Positions 60,101 to 64,000 of a stretch of DNA of 64,000 nucleotides are shown one piece after another; positions within the stretch are counted from its first letter, which is position 1; every line of letters begins with the position of its first letter. Under the pieces are notes generated by a model, which made no database searches, was not told the DNA's origin, and saw only the letters and a list, made by a program, of their open reading frames with translations. The stretch is from NCBI GenBank assembly GCA_964529325.1, contig CAZGWH010000001.1:66872-130871 (forward strand). The letters are read 5' to 3'. The stretch comes from an uncultured bacterium. GTDB taxonomy: Bacteria > Fidelibacterota > Marinisomatia > SCGC-AAA003-L08 > GCA-2689995. A program made the translations under genes and the position numbers.

Positions 60101-63100
60101 TATCCGCAGGAAAGTTATAGCCATTAATCGCGACCCATAGCGTATCACTCCCATGAGAACCATCTATTAACCATCCATCTTCTAAATTAGCAATATTCGA
60201 TTCTGAACATGGCTCTAAAAAATGAACAGAGAATGGAACTTCAGATGTACCTTGATAATCTCCAATAGCTGTTAAATCTCCTATATCAATTGCACATCCT
60301 GGACCTATTCTCATAATTAAATCATCATAAATATATGCCTCTGGTCCTCGCTCAACTGTAATCACAATTTCAAGAGCTTCATTCGCAGGCATTGATTCAA
60401 TAGCTATTTGGTCAACCATTGGCATTCCAGCAAGTTTAATAACCGCACCATCTAAATTTGATGCAGACATAACATCCAATAAATAATCCCATCCCTCTCC
60501 TGTTTGAGATGTATTTGTTGCAATCAGAGTAATTACCGCAGCTTCATCTGGTGGTACATCAATTGTTAGAGGTGGATCGATAATTAAATCAGTATCTTGC
60601 CTTTCTAAAGTACCATCTTCGTGAGGGCAACTTGATTGACCTCCTAGAACTGTAAACACAGGCATACCTAAAGCAGTATCTGCTTGAACTTGAAATAAAA
60701 ATCCATCACCTGGGCTTTCATCATCAAGCACAAAACCAACTGTTCTTGATAAAGTTTCTTCACTTCCAGTTGAATTTGTACTTGATTCATTCCAATCAAA
60801 ACTTGTTTCTAAATTTTGACCAAACCCTCCAATATTCAATCCAATCTCAGTAAAAGCAGACCAATCAGTTGATGACTCGGTTGTATGTGTAGCAGTAACG
60901 GTACTTGAATTTTCGTAAGAATATTCATAGGAAGCACCTGCATCAAAGGAAATATAAGTATCACCACCTCCTTCACCTTGGCCCTCTACACCAACAGCCA
61001 AAATTGCATCATTTTGTGCTCCTGCCATTAAAATATCATCCCAAGCTAATACTTCATTCCAGTATTCTATGGTTTCTAATGAAGTTTCATCACCATCTAC
61101 ATCATAAATCGCTTGAGCAGTTGGAATCATTACATTTTTAATATAAAAACGAGAATGAATAAATGTATTATTAATTGCATCTTCACTCATAGAAATAGTA
61201 GTATCAATGGATACTGAACAGTTTTCAATATTTAAATCCTGCGCAATACCCATCGTATAGGCTTTACCACCACCAACATAGACGGTTGCATCAACTCCTG
61301 TAACCAATCCATCACCATAAGCAATGTAAGTTTCAGTGGTAGAAACGCAGGTTGTTTTTGTTGAATCATCTGTATCTTCTGTACTGTATTCAAACCCAGC
61401 ACCTATATCCATTTTGCTTGATGTAGTTATCGCACTACTAACACCAATCCCTCCAACAATTACGGTCATATCTCCACCAAATGAGGCAGTGAGTTTAGAT
61501 TCGTTTCCCCATCCATCTACTATTGAATTAGATGTATTTGAACATATTTCGGATCCGTCTTCCATAAAAGTATAGCTACCATCTCCTGGTGGTGTGCGTA
61601 ATACCAACCAAGGATATGCACTAGATTGTACTTGAAAACTAGGACCAGGAATTTCTTTAGTTCCAGTTGTTAATGCCCAAAATTCACCTGAGCTTGATGT
61701 CCCCGTCGCTGAACTTGCAACAACAATGTAAAGGCTATTTTGATATGGATGGGTACCACCAGCAATAGTATTTACCGATTTAGATGAAAATGTAACTGAT
61801 GCTGACTGCCCAGCAAATTCACCATTAACTGATTGAGCATAGGTTGTATCTGAAAAATTATCCGTTACATACACATCAAAAATATCTACTCTACATTCAT
61901 TATCACCATAAGGTTCAAATACATCATAATTTAATTTAAAATACTTTCCCGAGCTAATAGTATAAGGGTATTCTGAGCATTCATTTGGTTCAATTGTATT
62001 TATTACTGAATGATTTATACCATCTATTTCGTTAAGATTATTTATTCGTAGAGAAACAGGTGATCTATAGATAAAATCCATATCTCTATTAAAATTTTTC
62101 ATACTTAATGTATCAGCAAGAAAAGTCTCATCTATCGTTGGATCTGGATGTTCAATACTCACATTATAAATTAATGGAGGTAAATCAGATGTTTCATAAT
62201 TCCCTAACGCATTTGGAATTATTGTTTCTTCAATACAACCATCTATAGATCTATATGTTACTCCAATTTCACCCTGAGAAGGTATAATTGGATAATTACA
62301 AGTCCCACCTGCAACTGCACCAAAACCTTTTCGAGTGGTTTTATCATTAAAATAAAAACCAGTCATCGGTTGAATCATCATCGGTAATTCAATAGACGCA
62401 GGTATAAATTCATGAACCTCCGATGAAATTTGATTTGTATATCTTGTCGATATTATTTGGCCTACTGCTCCTGGTTCAATATCAATAATAAATTTACCAT
62501 CGGTTTCTGTAAAAATTGGCGGTATTAAAGATTCACCATTTAATAATATTTCAACACCCGCTTCAAAGCAAGCTGTATTTTCATATCGAACATATCCACT
62601 GACAGGAATCATTGATTTATCATTAAAATCAACTAAATCGACTGATGTATTACTAGGGTTCAGCGTAGCAGCTCTACTTTCTGGCTCATACCAATGGTCA
62701 AAATATTCATTAAGCGGAATATCTTGTTGCCAAATCTCATCTAACATTACACCTGAAACACCTGTAATAGTACCAGTTACTATACTGGAAGCATCTGTGA
62801 TGAGTAAATTCTCCCCTTCGTTCATTTTCCAATAATGCGAAAGCCCAAATTCATCGCCTTCTAATATTTGATTCTGTGTTCCTGTAATTTGGTCTTGTGT
62901 TCGTCCATTATTCCAAATTCGAGTTTCATCTAATCGACCAGAAAAATACTCTGATGCATCTTCAGGTGATTTTCTTGCAATTACAATTTCTGATAAATCA
63001 GGTGTTTGTTCAATTCCTGAAATTGATCCTATTGCTTCACCATCTATATAAAATACAAATTCACTTGTACTCGCATTACTTGTAATTGCATAATGATGCC

Positions 63101-64000
63101 ATAAATTATCATGATAGGTATTTTCTGAAGTTATTTCATTTTCAAAATGAGCACCAACTAATTGACCCCCATCCATTTTAATAGAAACTTGATGACTATC
63201 ATCTGCAGGATTAACCGTTGCAATAAGTGTTTGTACATCGGTCAATGCCGTTTTAAACCAACCCTCAATAGTATAACCATTTGTTAAATCTACACGTTGT
63301 CCTTCAAAAGCAATATAATCATCTATACCATCTAATTCAACAGAACGACCAATCGGGGAGGATAAACTTGGTGTTACCGTAAATACCGTTCCACTAGCAT
63401 AATAGATGCCTTTTATAACATAAGTACCTGTTTCATCTGTTAATGCACCCAAATAAACTGGAGCAAGATAATCATCTTGTTCTACGGTACAAACCTTGCC
63501 ATCTACTTTTCCAGGTGTTAAATCAAATACCGTTTCACCTTCAACTTCGTCAAACTTCCAATAGGAAGATAAATTATCTTCTTCACCTGAAAGGGTAATA
63601 TCCATCATGGTTTTTAATTCATCCCAGCTTCTATCTGTATTCCATATTCTAAAATCGTCTAAACGACCTCTATAAAATTCCGAATGTTCTGCAGGTCCTC
63701 GTTTTCCCATTACAATTTCGGCTTTATCATTTATTGGTCCATCTGCGGTTCCTTCACCAACTAGAAACCCATCAATATACATGGTCATACTGTTATCATC
63801 GTCTGCATAAACTACTGCAAGGTGATGCCAATCTTCACCAGGACCTGCATACGAATTCACGGTTACCAATTCAGTTGCCATTCCACCCGCAGTAGAATGG
63901 TGCTCCCATTTAACTTGACCTGATTCTGTTAGCCCTAAAGTTAAGTAATGATCCGTAGATGCTGAATCAACTGCGGAAAAAAATACTTGTGTTTCATTAT
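57150..64000 (-). CDS. Giant T9SS-secreted surface protein (>2283 aa; N-terminus beyond the window end) with LamG-like lectin domains, a CarboxypepD_reg-like domain, a dockerin-like module and a T9SS CTD
   Basis: The track starts it at the Met at 63881, but I translated 63882-64000 in frame and found no stop (...WEHHSTAGG-MATELV), so the gene continues upstream. Two LamG_3-like modules (WHHLAVVY...GRLDDFRIWN; LWHHYAITS...GRLDETRIWNN), VSGYVRYEN...TETDGKFIIDIEPG, dockerin-like GDVSFDGVLNVIDV / DINSDEDINVADIV, and a CTD (YPNPFNPETTISF...GVYFYRM...MVLLK). Confidence 0.8.
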   Translation of the reverse strand, partial: NETQVFFSAVDSASTDHYLTLGLTESGQVKWEHHSTAGGMATELVTVNSYAGPGEDWHHLAVVYADDDNSMTMYIDGFLVGEGTADGPINDKAEIVMGKRGPAEHSEFYRGRLDDFRIWNTDRSWDELKTMMDITLSGEEDNLSSYWKFDEVEGETVFDLTPGKVDGKVCTVEQDDYLAPVYLGALTDETGTYVIKGIYYASGTVFTVTPSLSSPIGRSVELDGIDDYIAFEGQRVDLTNGYTIEGWFKTALTDVQTLIATVNPADDSHQVSIKMDGGQLVGAHFENEITSENTYHDNLWHHYAITSNASTSEFVFYIDGEAIGSISGIEQTPDLSEIVIARKSPEDASEYFSGRLDETRIWNNGRTQDQITGTQNQILEGDEFGLSHYWKMNEGENLLITDASSIVTGTITGVSGVMLDEIWQQDIPLNEYFDHWYEPESRAATLNPSNTSVDLVDFNDKSMIPVSGYVRYENTACFEAGVEILLNGESLIPPIFTETDGKFIIDIEPGAVGQIISTRYTNQISSEVHEFIPASIELPMMIQPMTGFYFNDKTTRKGFGAVAGGTCNYPIIPSQGEIGVTYRSIDGCIEETIIPNALGNYETSDLPPLIYNVSIEHPDPTIDETFLADTLSMKNFNRDMDFIYRSPVSLRINNLNEIDGINHSVINTIEPNECSEYPYTISSGKYFKLNYDVFEPYGDNECRVDIFDVYVTDNFSDTTYAQSVNGEFAGQSASVTFSSKSVNTIAGGTHPYQNSLYIVVASSATGTSSSGEFWALTTGTKEIPGPSFQVQSSAYPWLVLRTPPGDGSYTFMEDGSEICSNTSNSIVDGWGNESKLTASFGGDMTVIVGGIGVSSAITTSSKMDIGAGFEYSTEDTDDSTKTTCVSTTETYIAYGDGLVTGVDATVYVGGGKAYTMGIAQDLNIENCSVSIDTTISMSEDAINNTFIHSRFYIKNVMIPTAQAIYDVDGDETSLETIEYWNEVLAWDDILMAGAQNDAILAVGVEGQGEGGGDTYISFDAGASYEYSYENSSTVTATHTTESSTDWSAFTEIGLNIGGFGQNLETSFDWNESSTNSTGSEETLSRTVGFVLDDESPGDGFLFQVQADTALGMPVFTVLGGQSSCPHEDGTLERQDTDLIIDPPLTIDVPPDEAAVITLIATNTSQTGEGWDYLLDVMSASNLDGAVIKLAGMPMVDQIAIESMPANEALEIVITVERGPEAYIYDDLIMRIGPGCAIDIGDLTAIGDYQGTSEVPFSVHFLEPCSESNIANLEDGWLIDGSHGSDTLWVAINGYNFPADTFFTDIDLQYRPADGGDWFSTQSIPTVDLIDDYVLLPFNIDPEIVIDGEYELRTQAQCTEGKYAGTSEVVTGLIDRSAPQVFGLTEPAGGILASDDFIGASFDEDVQCGEINQGAGDIQLFNTVTGNPLDFTYTCGFNTITIEPAPANSWIENQTFRAEIHNLQDMYGNTRTEPVVWEFFVNRNPIEWSGTNIDNIVIWVDEEYSTQRQLVNNGGSNRSYEMINGREGAIPSGDALPLPAWLEVSPLNGTLTPGSAQDVSISLVEGLDFGQYQTTLYASGTMGDEPMNIDIRKLCYEPEWTLNPASYQYTMNITATLSTEGELSEDAYDIVGVFVGDEMRGIARVDYIQALDDLANTHAYEVFLTVYSNQPSGEALSFRVWDASDCRELGWIDETYTFEANASHGTPTSPATITATSQVISSMDYPAGYTWFSLNLENDDMSLDNILSNMNPAGGDQIKDQTSFAQYVSGFGWVGTLSEFSNESMYLINLTNPDEMEMVGYPVNVELDTVKVVPGWNWVGYSSQFSMPVNDALESLNSATGDIVKSQFAFSMFVEGLGWIGSLNYMSPKQGYMLKSLWDGDLNYPFELSGRDSDEIDEIYESPLALNAPNWNVNVNQYEHSMTVTATGLVNGLSLNSETDMIGAFTLVETENGMVEECRGVAQPIYIESLDRYSAFLMVYSNTPNEDIYYKLFDAEDDIIWSVYEQTAFSANANVGDVLTPFSLNAEPPVGDVSFDGVLNVIDVLQTVNYILDVEQPSVHEFAVADINSDEDINVADIVEMVSIILDIPMVRADNDLVVDIKVQGNEVYITSSNNIAGIQFDLPGIEMIDSKHEFFTHNMNGSLKTVMMNTNGKGINDGILFTTDDIQTISNIIVVDRSGAQLEYEVRFVPMSYNLAQNYPNPFNPETTISFDLPDNAQVSIAVYDLKGRMVTELVNGQMEAGYHTIVWNASDMSGLPLSNGVYFYRMITPAYNSVKKMVLLK
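57915..59215 (-). repeat. Two further copies of the ~105-120-aa W-x-x-N...SMT...Y-x-N domain, flanking two G-W-x-G-[ST]-L modules
   Basis: EPEWTLNPASYQYTMNITATL...FLTVYSNQPSGEALSFRVWD (W codon 59202-59204) and APNWNVNVNQYEHSMTVTATG...FLMVYSNTPNEDIYYKLFD (W codon 58269-58271). Between them lie FAQYVSGFGWVGTLSEF and FSMFVEGLGWIGSLNYM. Confidence 0.6.

Noticed and set aside
52341-63085. About a dozen 62-89-aa ORFs, on either strand, overlapping the two giant minus-strand genes
   Set aside because: They sit inside continuous 1740-aa and >2283-aa reading frames that have coherent domain repeats, and none has motifs or its own start context.
1-64000. CRISPR arrays, tRNA/rRNA genes, integrases, prophage or defence-system genes
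   Set aside because: The intergenic regions are short (at most ~265 nt) and AT-rich, with no direct-repeat arrays or tRNA-like GC-rich cloverleaf segments. Nearly every long ORF has a housekeeping, transport or surface-protein assignment; the few unassigned ones are small membrane or lipoprotein-like ORFs and a predicted outer-membrane barrel.

Overview
AT-rich, tightly packed bacterial chromosomal segment with about 45 real genes, many joined by 1-11 nt start/stop overlaps. No rRNA, tRNA, CRISPR array or intact mobile element was seen. Five proteins end in a type-A T9SS sorting domain (...YPNPFNP...GVY...K-x-(I/V)-L-(L/M)-K). This points to an uncultured marine bacterium of the FCB superphylum, possibly Marinimicrobia/SAR406-like, but that is inference only. 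Order of content: (1) a minus-strand block with a GH3/beta-lactamase fusion (partial), alr, a BadF-type sugar kinase, an ABC-2 exporter and polA; (2) small lipoproteins; (3) a PlpD-like type Vd patatin autotransporter overlapping a YhhN lysoplasmalogenase; (4) a secreted-protein cluster holding a TlpA-like thioredoxin, a 700-aa outer-membrane barrel, two tandem thioredoxin-fold/TSP3/dockerin-like/T9SS proteins, a signal-peptide-bearing YafJ-type Ntn hydrolase with T9SS tail, and an amidohydrolase; (5) an IS256-family transposase stub beside acs and an MFS transporter; (6) trpEGDCFBA followed by an ACT-less prephenate dehydratase and aroA, preceded by a candidate attenuator; (7) a Yej/Opp-type peptide ABC importer; (8) a housekeeping array (crp-family, meaB, tatC, ispB, CDP-alcohol phosphatidyltransferase, ftsY, rimO, mce, uvrC); (9) two giant T9SS surface proteins (1740 aa and more than 2283 aa, the latter running off the window). 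The strongest finding is that the first tandem thioredoxin-fold T9SS protein is split in the ORF track by a single in-frame TGA. That TGA sits exactly on the first redox residue of W-[TGA]-G-P-C, where the tandem paralogue has W-C-A-P-C, and a stem-loop follows it. This is a candidate secreted, surface-anchored selenoprotein. Other notable points are hydrophobic insertions inside an OppD-like ATPase, a Ser-for-Cys Ntn nucleophile placed right after a predicted signal-peptide cleavage site, and uncharacterised domain families shared by the large T9SS cargo proteins.
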